A stretch of 62,118 bases of DNA from the NCBI GenBank assembly GCA_946536825.1, contig CAMNEX010000001.1, forward strand, positions 1 through 62,118, in the 5' to 3' direction. The stretch is from an uncultured Selenomonadales bacterium. Its GTDB lineage: Bacteria > Bacillota > Negativicutes > Selenomonadales > Selenomonadaceae. The notes beneath the pieces were generated by a model, which did no database searches, was not told the origin of the DNA, and saw only the letters and a list, made by a program, of their open reading frames with translations. Below are positions 9,014 through 18,576 of the stretch, in pieces (positions within the stretch are counted from its first letter, which is position 1; every line of letters starts with the position of its first letter). The translations under genes and the position numbers were made by a program.

Positions 9014-12000
9014 ATGGCGGAAACATATTTTCCCATGCTACCGAAAGTCAACGAAGAAATATCAAAAGTTCTCAAGGACACGGCGGGCGAATGGAAGGAA
9101 ACGGATATAAATTTTCTGCAGGGATTGGCGAACAGCCTTGACTGCGGGGAATCGATAAAGGAAATGGGCTCGGTTGATTCAATCCCTGACATGTGGGCGC
9201 GTCCTTTGCTGTTCAAAATGGCACTGTTCGATTTGGAGCCGACAAAACAATTTGTGACGGGCTTGCATGAAAAAGTTCGCGGGGAGTGGCGTGCACTTTT
9301 GGCAATGTTCGCGCTGAAAAATTACAAGCAACTCGACTTGAAGGCGGAGCAGGTAAATTTACTTGAAGAAAAATCCGAACTTGGAGAAATTTTAAAATCG
9401 CTCGCGCCGCAAGAATCATTGACGGGAAATAAAAATGCGTGGCTGACGGACGTATACATAATTTATTTTAACGGACAGCCGCTGGCAATGACTTCGCCAA
9501 CGACGTTGGTAACCTGCGCGGCGGATTATGAAAACGTATTCGCAGGGAAAATTTTCACGCCGTGGAGCGCGAATCAAAGAACTTTAAGCGACCCGATAAA
9601 ATTTTTAACGCCCGACGAACTTGCCGCGCTGAAAATTTGGTTGGAAAATCTTTACGAGAAAATACAGCGAGCGGAAAAAATCGGGGCGAAGGCAAAGGAA
9701 ATATCGAACGCGCTTTTGAAATGCTTGGCGGAATATGAGCGCGACGTAGCTTCCGCGCAGACTTCCGGGACGCAGAATTTTGAATTTGTCGCGTCGAATT
9801 TAAATTTACATGTGGGAGTGGCGCGGCTCCTCGACGAAACGATTAAAGGCAGGGAGGCGCGTTTTGAAGATTCCGCCGTCAGACTGCTGAACGGCGAGAA
9901 AAATTTGCTGTTGGTGTCGCCGGAATTGGTCAGAGATTTTGCGCGGTTTGAAGGCGTCGACGCGGCGCGGCTGGTCGTGTGGCAGGGAATAAGCGCGAAC
10001 GAAATAACCGACGAAAAACTTTCCGACAGGAAAAAAATCGGGCGAACAGCTTTAAAAGGCGCGGAATTTCGCAAGCCCGAAGATTTTTTCTTTGAGCGTA
10101 TGGCAGTCGTCGAGCCGGCGAACGCCTTCCCGAACTCACCGAAAATTCAAGGCGCGGAAACTTTATCGGAAAAAGATTTGACGCCGATTTTGCCGCTCAA
10201 GCGCGAGCTGTTTGAAATATTTTCGCCCGAAGAAATATCTGCGCGGCTGGGAATTTCGGACGATAAGGAAAATTTTTATCTGCATTTCAATTTCCCGCTC
10301 AGCGGAGTTGACGGCGACGGGAAAAATTTCCGCTGGACGAAGACTTATCCCAAGCGCGAGCTTATTTACATTGACCAGGAAGTTCCAGTCATTGAGATTT
10401 TCCCCGACTTTCGCCGCGCAGGTTGGAAGAATTATTTTCTGTACTATGAAAATTATCGGGCGCAATCGGGCGAAGAAAATCTTGCCGCGGATATTTATTT
10501 TGTTGAGCCGCTGAATCACGCGGAAAATTTCTTGACGAACAGATTCACGGCGCGGCTTGAGGCTTTCCCCGAAATTTTAATTTGCAAATACAATCCGCCG
10601 CCGCATGTCGGCAAGCCGCCTTACGAAGTGGGAGCAATCCTTTTGAATAAGCCGAAAAAAATCGAGCGGAATGCGGGCTTGAGTTGGAAAATCGGCGTGG
10701 ACTTCGGCACAAGTTCGACGATGGTTTTTTATGCCGAGAACGAAAATTCTCCGCGCCCATTGAATTTTTCGCCGCATTTGTACAAAGTCACCGAGAGCGG
10801 CGGAGCGCGTGCGCAAACTTATCGGCATTTCATACCGTCGCAAATGCCTGCGCGGGCGGACGGTTCATTTCTAAGCATATTCCATTTGCTCAATATCGGG
10901 GAGCTGAAAAAAATTCGGGCGTTGCAGGACGGGCACGTTTTCTTATTGAGCACGGAAAATACGCGGGTATTCGAGCAAATGGCGGCGCAAATCGACGCGA
11001 ATTTAAAATGGGCGGACGACACGCGGCAACGACGCAAAACGGCGGCTTACATAAGTCAAATTTGCCTGCAGGCGTCGGCGGAGGCGGTTGCAGTCGGTGC
11101 GGACAATATCCAATGGAATTTTTCATATCCGACGGCGTTTTCACAGGCGCAGAAAATTTCGTTCCAAGAAATATGTCGGGAGGCAGTCGGCGGCGCGGCT
11201 AATTTTTGGACGGAGAGCAAAGCGGCGGCGTATCACTTCAACAAAATGGACGGCAAAGCGGGCAATTTCGCGCAGGGTGCAATTTGCGTCGACATAGGCG
11301 CGGGCACGACCGATATTTCCGTAATCAGCGGGGAGCCGCCGCGCATTGTCTATCACACGTCGATAAGATACGCGGCGCGGCAAATGTTCAAGCCGATTTA
11401 TGACAATTACGAGCTGTTCGCGGGCGAAAAAATTTCCGACAAACTCCAAGACGAAACTAAGCGGCAAGCGGTAATTGATGCGGACATGCGCGAGCACAGC
11501 GAAAAATATTTGGCGGATTTAAAATATAAAACGGGCGTGGAGCAAATTAAAAACGTCCTGCAGGCGGCACAATTCGCGACGGCGGGCTTATTCCACTATC
11601 TGGGCGAGCTGATTAAAATTCTGCATGACTACGGGCATTATCGCGAGAAAAAAATCCCGCATGTATTCGTTGGCGGCAACGGCGCGAGGATTTTTAAATG
11701 GTTAGCGGGCGGCACCGAGCTTGACGGCAATATTTATCTCAACGTCCTTGAAAAAATTTTCGTGGCGGCGACCGGGCTTGAGGGTTACAAGAAATTTAAT
11801 CTACACATGAGTGCGCAACCGAAAATCGAGGTGGCGGCGGGCATGATAGTCGAGAAACCTGCCAACGACGAGGAATTTTTTGACGAAGAGAAAATTAATC
11901 GGGAAATGTTCGGAGCGGCGGACGAAATAATTTACTCGGCGGTATTGGCGGGCGCGGATTTTAATCAGGGCGGCGAGCGGCAAGCGGCGTTGTCGTTTAT

Positions 12001-12715
12001 CAGTGCGCATGACATTTCCGAGGGCGTCACGATTCAAACTTTGCGGGAGTTCAAAATTTTTGCCGAGCGATTTAACGGGGCGCAAAAACTTTGGGCGGCA
12101 GGAATTGATTTTGAGGAAGAAGAAATTGTCCGCGACGCCAATAATTTTTACGTTGACAAAAAGGGGCGCGATGTTAAAAAACTTTTGATCGAGCCGATTT
12201 TTATCGCCGAATTGAAAATGTTTTTAGGGACAAGGAATTTGGGCACGGGGAAAAGTAAAATTTCTTTGGCAGAAAAAAAATTTACGAGCGCAGAAAAATC
12301 CGTCGGAGAAAATTTTGTCAACGACTTCAACGCGCTGGAGAAATTAAGCGGCTTCAGTTCGCGACAGGCGCGGGAGAAATTTTTGACGCGCTACAAAGTG
12401 CGGGCGTTCAGCTGTGCGAACGTCGAAGAGCGCATGAACAATCCGAAAGTTGCGCCGAAATTTTCAACGGCGGCGAGCGTGGCGGGCGGCGATTTCTGGG
12501 CTTGTGCAGTCGACGGAAATATTTTCGCGGTCGTCCCCAACCTCAAGACTTACACGGAAAATCACCACACGGAGCGGGCGTTCGGAGCGGTTTTTGAATC
12601 GAATTTTGCGGACGGCACTTATTCGCGACTTCGCGTCGAGCGGGCGGCAGTCTTCGAGCTTGTCGGCAACGAGTGGATTTTAAAATTCGCAGGCAAAATC
12701 ATTTTGAGTAAATAG
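9014..12715 (+). CDS. Giant (1233 aa) Hsp70/actin-fold ATPase-like protein with large N- and C-terminal extensions
   Basis: Phosphate-1-like GVDFGTSSTMVF, phosphate-2-like CVDIGAGTTDISVI, adenosine-like HVFVGGNGARIF, in the canonical order. ATG 9014 lies behind GGAAGGAG. Own promoter and upstream terminator. Confidence 0.65.
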   Translation: MAETYFPMLPKVNEEISKVLKDTAGEWKETDINFLQGLANSLDCGESIKEMGSVDSIPDMWARPLLFKMALFDLEPTKQFVTGLHEKVRGEWRALLAMFALKNYKQLDLKAEQVNLLEEKSELGEILKSLAPQESLTGNKNAWLTDVYIIYFNGQPLAMTSPTTLVTCAADYENVFAGKIFTPWSANQRTLSDPIKFLTPDELAALKIWLENLYEKIQRAEKIGAKAKEISNALLKCLAEYERDVASAQTSGTQNFEFVASNLNLHVGVARLLDETIKGREARFEDSAVRLLNGEKNLLLVSPELVRDFARFEGVDAARLVVWQGISANEITDEKLSDRKKIGRTALKGAEFRKPEDFFFERMAVVEPANAFPNSPKIQGAETLSEKDLTPILPLKRELFEIFSPEEISARLGISDDKENFYLHFNFPLSGVDGDGKNFRWTKTYPKRELIYIDQEVPVIEIFPDFRRAGWKNYFLYYENYRAQSGEENLAADIYFVEPLNHAENFLTNRFTARLEAFPEILICKYNPPPHVGKPPYEVGAILLNKPKKIERNAGLSWKIGVDFGTSSTMVFYAENENSPRPLNFSPHLYKVTESGGARAQTYRHFIPSQMPARADGSFLSIFHLLNIGELKKIRALQDGHVFLLSTENTRVFEQMAAQIDANLKWADDTRQRRKTAAYISQICLQASAEAVAVGADNIQWNFSYPTAFSQAQKISFQEICREAVGGAANFWTESKAAAYHFNKMDGKAGNFAQGAICVDIGAGTTDISVISGEPPRIVYHTSIRYAARQMFKPIYDNYELFAGEKISDKLQDETKRQAVIDADMREHSEKYLADLKYKTGVEQIKNVLQAAQFATAGLFHYLGELIKILHDYGHYREKKIPHVFVGGNGARIFKWLAGGTELDGNIYLNVLEKIFVAATGLEGYKKFNLHMSAQPKIEVAAGMIVEKPANDEEFFDEEKINREMFGAADEIIYSAVLAGADFNQGGERQAALSFISAHDISEGVTIQTLREFKIFAERFNGAQKLWAAGIDFEEEEIVRDANNFYVDKKGRDVKKLLIEPIFIAELKMFLGTRNLGTGKSKISLAEKKFTSAEKSVGENFVNDFNALEKLSGFSSRQAREKFLTRYKVRAFSCANVEERMNNPKVAPKFSTAASVAGGDFWACAVDGNIFAVVPNLKTYTENHHTERAFGAVFESNFADGTYSRLRVERAAVFELVGNEWILKFAGKIILSK

Positions 12716-12741
12716 CGCGGTCTTGAAGAGATACCGTTTAT

Positions 12742-12769
12742 TTGACAAAAAATTTTGCGCGGCTAAAAT
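12742..12769 (+). promoter_or_regulatory. Sigma-70-type promoter for sufCB
   Basis: TTGACA (12742-12747), 16-nt spacer, TAAAAT (12764-12769). Confidence 0.4.
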
Positions 12770-12801
12770 AATTTTAAACTTTACACGGGAGGCGAATAAT
12801 T

Positions 12802-13536
12802 TTGCTTGAAATAAAAAATCTGTACGTCAAGGCGGGCGAAAAAGAAATTCTGCGCGGACTGAATTTAAGCGTTGGCAAGGGCGAAGTTCACGTCATCTTG
12901 GGACCGAACGGCTCCGGCAAGTCGACGCTGATGAATGTCATTATGGGACACCCGAAATACGAAATCACGAGTGGCGAAATTTTTTTCGAGGGCGAAGACT
13001 TAACCGCGCTGAAAACTTTCGAGCGGGCGCGGCGCGGCATTTTTTTATCATTCCAAACGCCCGAAGAAATTCCGGGGATAACCGTTGAAAATATGTTGCG
13101 GACGGCGAAGCAGGCGATAAGCGGCGAGAAGATAAAAATTTTGCAATTCCGCAAGGAACTTCGCGCAATCATGAGCGAGTTGAAAATTAATCCCGAATAC
13201 GCAAGTCGATATATGAACGTCGGGTTCAGCGGCGGCGAAAAAAAGCGAAATGAAATTCTTCAGCTCCTCGTCCTCAATCCCAAACTCGCGCTCCTTGACG
13301 AAACGGACAGCGGCTTGGACGTCGACGCGGTGGAAATTGTTTCTGGCGGCGTCGCCAAATTTCACAACGAAAATAATTCCTGCGTAATAATCACACACAA
13401 CGCGCAGATTTTAAAGCATTTGCCAGTTAATCGGGCGCATATTTTTTTGAGCGGGCGAATTGTAAAAAGCGGCGGCGCGGAACTCGTCAGCGAAGTTTCG
13501 GAGCACGGCTACGCGCCTTACGAGGTCGAGTCATGA
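12802..13536 (+). CDS. sufC: Fe-S cluster assembly ATPase SufC
   Basis: GPNGSGKST, FSGGEKKR, LLDETDSGLD, and MGHPKYEITSGEI typical of SufC. TTG start after GGGAGG. Confidence 0.9.
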   Translation: MLEIKNLYVKAGEKEILRGLNLSVGKGEVHVILGPNGSGKSTLMNVIMGHPKYEITSGEIFFEGEDLTALKTFERARRGIFLSFQTPEEIPGITVENMLRTAKQAISGEKIKILQFRKELRAIMSELKINPEYASRYMNVGFSGGEKKRNEILQLLVLNPKLALLDETDSGLDVDAVEIVSGGVAKFHNENNSCVIITHNAQILKHLPVNRAHIFLSGRIVKSGGAELVSEVSEHGYAPYEVES

Positions 13537-14930
13537 AAAAAAATTACATACAGGATATTGAGCGGGCACTTTATGACGTTCGCGACGAAGATAAATCGAT
13601 TTACAAAAGCGACGCGGGCTTGACCGAGGAAATTATTCGCGATATATCTGCGCGGAAAAAAGATCCGCCGTGGATGCTTGAGTTTCGGTTGAAGTCGCTG
13701 GAGGTTTATAAAAAAATTGAGCTACCGATTTGGGGTCCCGATATAAGCGAACTCAACATGAACGAAATCGTCACCTACGTCAAGCCGAACGCCAAACAAG
13801 TCAACGATTGGTCGCAGGTGCCCGAAGAAATTAAAAAGACTTTCGACAGGCTGGGTATTCCCGACGCCGAAAAAAAATCGCTCGCGGGCGTCGGGGCGCA
13901 ATATGATTCGGAGGTCGTCTATCACAGCATAAAAAAAAGATTGACGGATCAGGGCGTCGTCTACACCGACATGGAAACCGCGCTTGTCGAACATGAAGAC
14001 ATTGTCCGCGAATATTTTATGACGCTCGTCCCGCCCAAAGATCATAAGTTCGCCGCGTTGCATGGCGCGGTTTGGTCGGGCGGAAGTTTTGTTTACGTTC
14101 CCGCGGGCGTCGATGTGAAAATTCCTTTGCAATCTTATTTCCGATTAAATGCGGCGGGCGCGGGGCAATTTGAACACACGCTGATAATCGTTGAGCCGGG
14201 CGCGAAGTTGCATTTTATCGAAGGCTGTTCTGCTCCGCGCTACAACGTCACGAATTTACATGCGGGTTGCGTCGAACTTTTTGTAAAGGAGGGCGCGAGG
14301 CTCCGTTATTCGACGATTGAAAATTGGTCGCGCAACATGATGAATTTAAATACCAAACGCGCCCTGGTTGAGAAAAACGCGCTTGTCGAGTGGGTCAGCG
14401 GTTCTTTTGGCTCGCATGTCTCAATGCTTTATCCTTGTAGCGTTTTGCACGGCGAAGGGGCACGTTGCGAATTTACGGGAGTGACTTTCGCGGGCAAAGG
14501 GCAAAATCTAGACACGGGCGCGATTGTGATTCATGCCGCTGCGAAAACTTCCGCGAACATTAACACGCGCACAATTTCAAAATCGGGCGGCGCGGCAACT
14601 TATCGTTCGGCTGTCAAGGTTACGAAAAACGCGCCCTTTGCAAAGTGCTCCGTCAACTGTGAATCGCTCATGCTTGACGACAAATCGCGCTCCGACACTT
14701 TGCCCGTTATGGATATTGAAGGCGACGAGGCGGACATTGGTCACGAGGCTAAAATCGGGCGGATTTCCGAGGAGGCAGTTTTTTATCTTATGGCTCGCGG
14801 CATTTCCGAGGAAGAGGCGCGGGCAATGATCGTTCGCGGCTTCGTCGAGCCCATTGCAAAGGAACTCCCGCTTGAATACGCGGTCGAAATGAACAATCTG
14901 ATTAACCTTGAACTTGAAGGGCAATTATAA
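13533..14930 (+). CDS. sufB: Fe-S cluster assembly scaffold SufB
   Basis: 465 aa, overlaps the sufC stop by 4 nt. SufB-type sequence throughout (…GCSAPRY…, C-terminal IVRGFVEPIAKELPLEYAVEMN). Confidence 0.9.
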   Translation: MKKNYIQDIERALYDVRDEDKSIYKSDAGLTEEIIRDISARKKDPPWMLEFRLKSLEVYKKIELPIWGPDISELNMNEIVTYVKPNAKQVNDWSQVPEEIKKTFDRLGIPDAEKKSLAGVGAQYDSEVVYHSIKKRLTDQGVVYTDMETALVEHEDIVREYFMTLVPPKDHKFAALHGAVWSGGSFVYVPAGVDVKIPLQSYFRLNAAGAGQFEHTLIIVEPGAKLHFIEGCSAPRYNVTNLHAGCVELFVKEGARLRYSTIENWSRNMMNLNTKRALVEKNALVEWVSGSFGSHVSMLYPCSVLHGEGARCEFTGVTFAGKGQNLDTGAIVIHAAAKTSANINTRTISKSGGAATYRSAVKVTKNAPFAKCSVNCESLMLDDKSRSDTLPVMDIEGDEADIGHEAKIGRISEEAVFYLMARGISEEEARAMIVRGFVEPIAKELPLEYAVEMNNLINLELEGQL

Positions 14931-14940
14931 AAAAAAACGG

Positions 14941-14968
14941 CTCGCACCGATTGGTGCGAGTCTTTTTT
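14941..14968. terminator. Bidirectional terminator
   Basis: CTCGCACC-gatt-GGTGCGAG followed by TCTTTTTT, preceded by an A-run. The T-tail overlaps the stop of the convergent gene. Confidence 0.65.
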
Positions 14969-16037
14969 AATCGGAGTGCAAACATTTTTCGTAAAATTCG
15001 TCGCAAAATTTATAAAGAATTTTATCGCCGCGCTCAAGCGCAATTTGCTCAAGCAACTCAAAAAAATCTGCGTATTCTTCGCAATCAAGGTCGGCGATAT
15101 TCAAAATCACCCGACAATAATCGGCAATAATTTCCAAAGGAATTTTCCCGCGCCGCAATTTTTTTATTAAAGTCGCTGTGGTAGAAATGTATTTGGTTGT
15201 CATTTCGTCGGGAAATTTTTTTGACAAATAAATTTGAATCTGCGCGGTTACAAGGGCGTCGCTCAAGGCGTCGTGGGCGTTGTGATTGAGTTCAAATTTT
15301 TTGGCGACAGTGCCGAGTTGAATATTTTCCAGCTCCGCTAAATTCTCGTCGAGTTTTTGACAGGCGCGAACGTTCGCCAAGATGTCAAAGGCGTCAAAAT
15401 TCGGATGAGGAATTTTATAGCGGTCAAGCGTCGCGAAAAGATAATGCAAATCGGAGGAAAGTCCATAGGCGGCGATAGTTTTTCCTTCGATAAATTTTTT
15501 TATGTACCCCCACAACTTTTTAAAGGTCGGCTTATTTTTCACGTCCTTGAAAGTTATTCCGTGAATTTCAGTGGCGGTGAATTCTTTGTAAGGCGGGCGA
15601 ATCAAAAAATTTTCCTGCGCCGTCACCGAATTATTTTCGACGACGACAATCCCCATTTGGCAAATCGAATCGGAAGCGTGATTGGCGTTTTCAAAATCAA
15701 TCACCACAAAATTTTTCGGCACGGAGTCGGGAAAAGAAATTTCGCAACCGTAAGGATTAAGTCGCGGCGCAGTTTTCAGCGCGACTTTGATTTTCTCCGC
15801 GTCCAATTCAAAAACTCCCAGCTCAAAAGCCAGGCGATACATATGATTACAGGGCTTGTGGCGATGAAAAAATTCCGAGCAAGTGCAACTTTCAAGCGAG
15901 ACACTTTGCTTTCCGATTTTGCCCGTCTGCCCGTCGAAGTCCACAGAATCCATTTTCAAATTCAAGGCTCTTCTTTGTCGCTTTAACTGTCCGTATTCCG
16001 CATGCACTGGATTATCGCTTGCCGAAAAAAATGTCAT
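14967..16037 (-). CDS. SWIM zinc-finger plus DEDDh (DnaQ-like) 3'-5' exonuclease domain protein
   Basis: SWIM-like CTCSEFFHRHKPCNHMYRLA. Exo I FVVIDFENAN and Exo III HNAHDALSDA motifs. GGAGGG RBS. Confidence 0.7.
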   Translation of the reverse strand: MTFFSASDNPVHAEYGQLKRQRRALNLKMDSVDFDGQTGKIGKQSVSLESCTCSEFFHRHKPCNHMYRLAFELGVFELDAEKIKVALKTAPRLNPYGCEISFPDSVPKNFVVIDFENANHASDSICQMGIVVVENNSVTAQENFLIRPPYKEFTATEIHGITFKDVKNKPTFKKLWGYIKKFIEGKTIAAYGLSSDLHYLFATLDRYKIPHPNFDAFDILANVRACQKLDENLAELENIQLGTVAKKFELNHNAHDALSDALVTAQIQIYLSKKFPDEMTTKYISTTATLIKKLRRGKIPLEIIADYCRVILNIADLDCEEYADFFELLEQIALERGDKILYKFCDEFYEKCLHSD

Positions 16038-16170
16038 TGATTCTGCCCTCCAAAATTTTTCTTTGATTTTATTGCGCCTGTCTGATTTTTGAGTGAACTG
16101 CTTTTAAAATTTTTCGTTAGGGTGTAAAATGGGCGCGTTGAAATTTTCATGGCAAAGGAGAAAAATTTTT

Positions 16171-17808
16171 ATGCCCGTAATGGAATACTTGGAGCGCAAT
16201 GCCATGCTTTACGGAGACGAGGTTGCGCTTGTGGAATTAAATCCCGCCGTGGCGGACGGACGCCGCATGAGCTGGAAAGAATTTAGTTTGATTGAATCGA
16301 ATAGTTTTGCGCCGTATCGTCGAGAAATAACCTGGCGCGTTTTCGACGAGAAAGCTAATCGCTGTGCAAATTTGCTGATTGAACGCGGCGTTCATCGAGG
16401 AGATAAGGTCGCAATCCTGATGTACAACTGCCTTGAATGGCTCCCGATTTATTTCGGCGTCCTCAAGGCGGGCGCGATTGCCGTGCCTTTTAATTTTCGC
16501 TACGACGCGGCGGAGATTTTGTACTGCGCGGAGCTTGCTGAAGTCGACGTTATAATTTTCGGTTCGGAATTTATCGGACGCATTGAGACCAATGCCGAAC
16601 GACTTTCCAAAGGGCGACTTCTGATTTATGTCGGCGACAACTGTCCGAGTTTCGCGGAAAGTTATCATATCATGGTTGACGATTGCTCAAGTTTAAAGCC
16701 AATGGTCGGCGGAATAACCGAAGACGATTTCGGCGCGATTTATTTTTCGTCGGGGACGACGGGTTTTCCCAAGGCTATTCTCCATAAACACCGCAGTTTA
16801 ATGCAAGCCGCGCAGATGGAACAAAAACACCATTTGACAAGTCGCGAAGATAATTTTTTGTGCATACCGCCGCTTTACCACACGGGCGCGAAATTTCATT
16901 GGATGGGGAGTTTAGTCGCGGGCAGTAAAGCCGTCCTGCTGAAAGGCACGAAGCCCGAAATAATTTTGGACGCGGTATCGAAGGAACATTGCACAATCGT
17001 CTGGCTGTTGGTACCTTGGGCGCAGGATATTGTTGACGCACTTGACCGCGGCGACATTAAGCTTGAGAATTATAATCTTAAGCAATGGCGGCTCATGCAC
17101 ATTGGCGCACAGCCCGTGCCGCCGAGTTTAATTCGTCGCTGGAAAAAATATTTCCCTAACCACGACTACGACACAAATTACGGCTTGAGCGAATCGACGG
17201 GACCGGGTTGCGTTCATTTGGGTTTGGAAAATATAGAAAAAGTCGGAGCAATCGGCGTGCCCGGTTATCGTTGGCAATGTAAAATCGTCGACGAACAAGG
17301 CGCGGAAGTTCAAAAGGGCGATGTCGGAGAATTATGCGTCAAAGGTCCGGGCGTCATGACTTGCTACTACAACGACCCGAAGGCAACCGCCGAAGTTCTC
17401 AAAAACGGTTGGCTTCTGACGGGTGATATGGCTATGCAGGACGAGGACGGCTTTTATTTCCTTGTCGACAGGAAAAAGGACGTTATCGTCAGCGGCGGCG
17501 AAAATATTTATCCCGTGCAGATTGAAGACTTCCTGCACAAATTCGACAAGATTAAGGACGTGGCGGTTATCGGCTTGCCCGACCGCCGGCTCGGAGAAAT
17601 TTCCGCGGCGATTGTCGAAATAAAATCCGGCGTCGAGTGCACCGAGGAGGAAATAAATAATTTCTGTCTCGACTTGCCGCGCTACAAACGCCCGAAGAAA
17701 ATTATTTTCGCCGAAGTGCCGCGCAATGCTACAGGCAAAATCGAAAAGCCGACTCTGCGCAAAAGATACGGCGCGGACAAATTGGTTGCCTTGGAAAATC
17801 GGAGCTGA
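16171..17808 (+). CDS. AMP-dependent acyl-CoA synthetase/ligase (adenylate-forming enzyme)
   Basis: AMP-binding motif IYFSSGTTGFPKAILHKH, plus …TGDMAMQDEDGFYFLVDRKKDVIVSGGENIYP… and C-terminal GKIEK. Start set at ATG 16171 after AAGGAG. Confidence 0.8.
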   Translation: MPVMEYLERNAMLYGDEVALVELNPAVADGRRMSWKEFSLIESNSFAPYRREITWRVFDEKANRCANLLIERGVHRGDKVAILMYNCLEWLPIYFGVLKAGAIAVPFNFRYDAAEILYCAELAEVDVIIFGSEFIGRIETNAERLSKGRLLIYVGDNCPSFAESYHIMVDDCSSLKPMVGGITEDDFGAIYFSSGTTGFPKAILHKHRSLMQAAQMEQKHHLTSREDNFLCIPPLYHTGAKFHWMGSLVAGSKAVLLKGTKPEIILDAVSKEHCTIVWLLVPWAQDIVDALDRGDIKLENYNLKQWRLMHIGAQPVPPSLIRRWKKYFPNHDYDTNYGLSESTGPGCVHLGLENIEKVGAIGVPGYRWQCKIVDEQGAEVQKGDVGELCVKGPGVMTCYYNDPKATAEVLKNGWLLTGDMAMQDEDGFYFLVDRKKDVIVSGGENIYPVQIEDFLHKFDKIKDVAVIGLPDRRLGEISAAIVEIKSGVECTEEEINNFCLDLPRYKRPKKIIFAEVPRNATGKIEKPTLRKRYGADKLVALENRS

Positions 17809-17854
17809 AAAATTTTTTATAAATAAACTGTCATTCCATTTGGAAAAAATAAAA

Positions 17855-17897
17855 AGACCGCTACTATTTTTCTGGAGCGGTCTTTGTCTGTTTTTAT
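17855..17897 (+). terminator. Terminator after the acyl-CoA ligase gene
   Basis: AGACCGCT..(13 nt)..AGCGGTCT followed by a T-rich tract. Confidence 0.5.
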
Positions 17898-17898
17898 T

Positions 17899-18215
17899 CG
17901 GACAAAAATTATTTGAGTTTGGAAAATTGCTCGTCGACGGGTTCAAGCCAGCCGCTTTAAAAGCGGCGGAACAGTTAGCGCGTTGCAACTTCTCGAAAAG
18001 TTCAATGTTATCACCGCGCTTAATTGTCCGGACAAAAATTATTTGAGTTTGGAAAATTGCTCGTCGTCGACGGGTTCAAGCCAGCCGCTTCAAAAGCGGC
18101 GGAACAGTTAGCGCGTTGCAACTTCTCGAAAAGTTCAATGTTATCACCGCGCTTAATTGTCCGGACAAAAATTATTTGAGTTTGGAAAATTGCTCGTCGT
18201 CGACGGGTTCAAGCC
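17899..18215. repeat. Tandem repeat: two full units (130 and 133 bp) plus a partial third copy that is the genuine cupin gene 3' end
   Basis: Units start at 17899, 18029 and 18162. They are near-identical apart from one 3-bp (TCG) indel and one T/C change. Each unit holds the last 14 cupin codons, the stop, and about 75 bp including the hairpin GCCGCTT(t/c)AAAAGCGGC. Confidence 0.9.
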
Positions 18216-18576
18216 ACTCGTTGGAAGAATTTTCAGCGGGAATTTCAACCGCCAAATGAGAAAACCAACTGTCAGCCGCCGCGCCGTGCCAATGCTTGAC
18301 TTCGGGCGCAATGTTGACTACGTCGCCGGGCTTGAGGGCTTGCGGAGCTTTGCCCCATTCCTGATACCAGCCGCGTCCGCCCGTCACCAAAAGAATTTGC
18401 CCGCCCTTGTGGTGTATGTGCCAATTATTTCTGCAACCGGGCGAAAATGTCACGTTGGCGATTGCGCCGCCCTCTTTAGTCAGCGGATTCAAATACGCCT
18501 GTCCGATAAAATATTTGCTAAACTGTTCGGGGAGCGGCTTGCCCACTTCAAACACACTCGGATTTTTAATTTCCAT
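18172..18576 (-). CDS. Cupin domain protein
   Basis: 134 aa. Cupin motifs …PGCRNNWHIHHKGGQILLVTGGRG… and …GDVVNIAPEVKHWHGA…. AAGGAG RBS. Confidence 0.8.
   Translation of the reverse strand: MEIKNPSVFEVGKPLPEQFSKYFIGQAYLNPLTKEGGAIANVTFSPGCRNNWHIHHKGGQILLVTGGRGWYQEWGKAPQALKPGDVVNIAPEVKHWHGAAADSWFSHLAVEIPAENSSNEWLEPVDDEQFSKLK

Noticed and set aside
12802-14930. The minimal sufCB pair without sufD/S/U, considered as an anomaly.
   Set aside because: Two-gene SufBC systems are a known arrangement in anaerobes. Nothing in the sequence suggests truncation or pseudogenisation.
17899-18215. The possibility that the 130-bp tandem repeats are a CRISPR array or a minisatellite-encoded protein.
   Set aside because: The units are contiguous with no unique spacers and are far longer than CRISPR repeats. 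No cas genes are present. All frames through the units contain stops. The plus-strand ORF 18157-18627 is merely antisense to the cupin gene.
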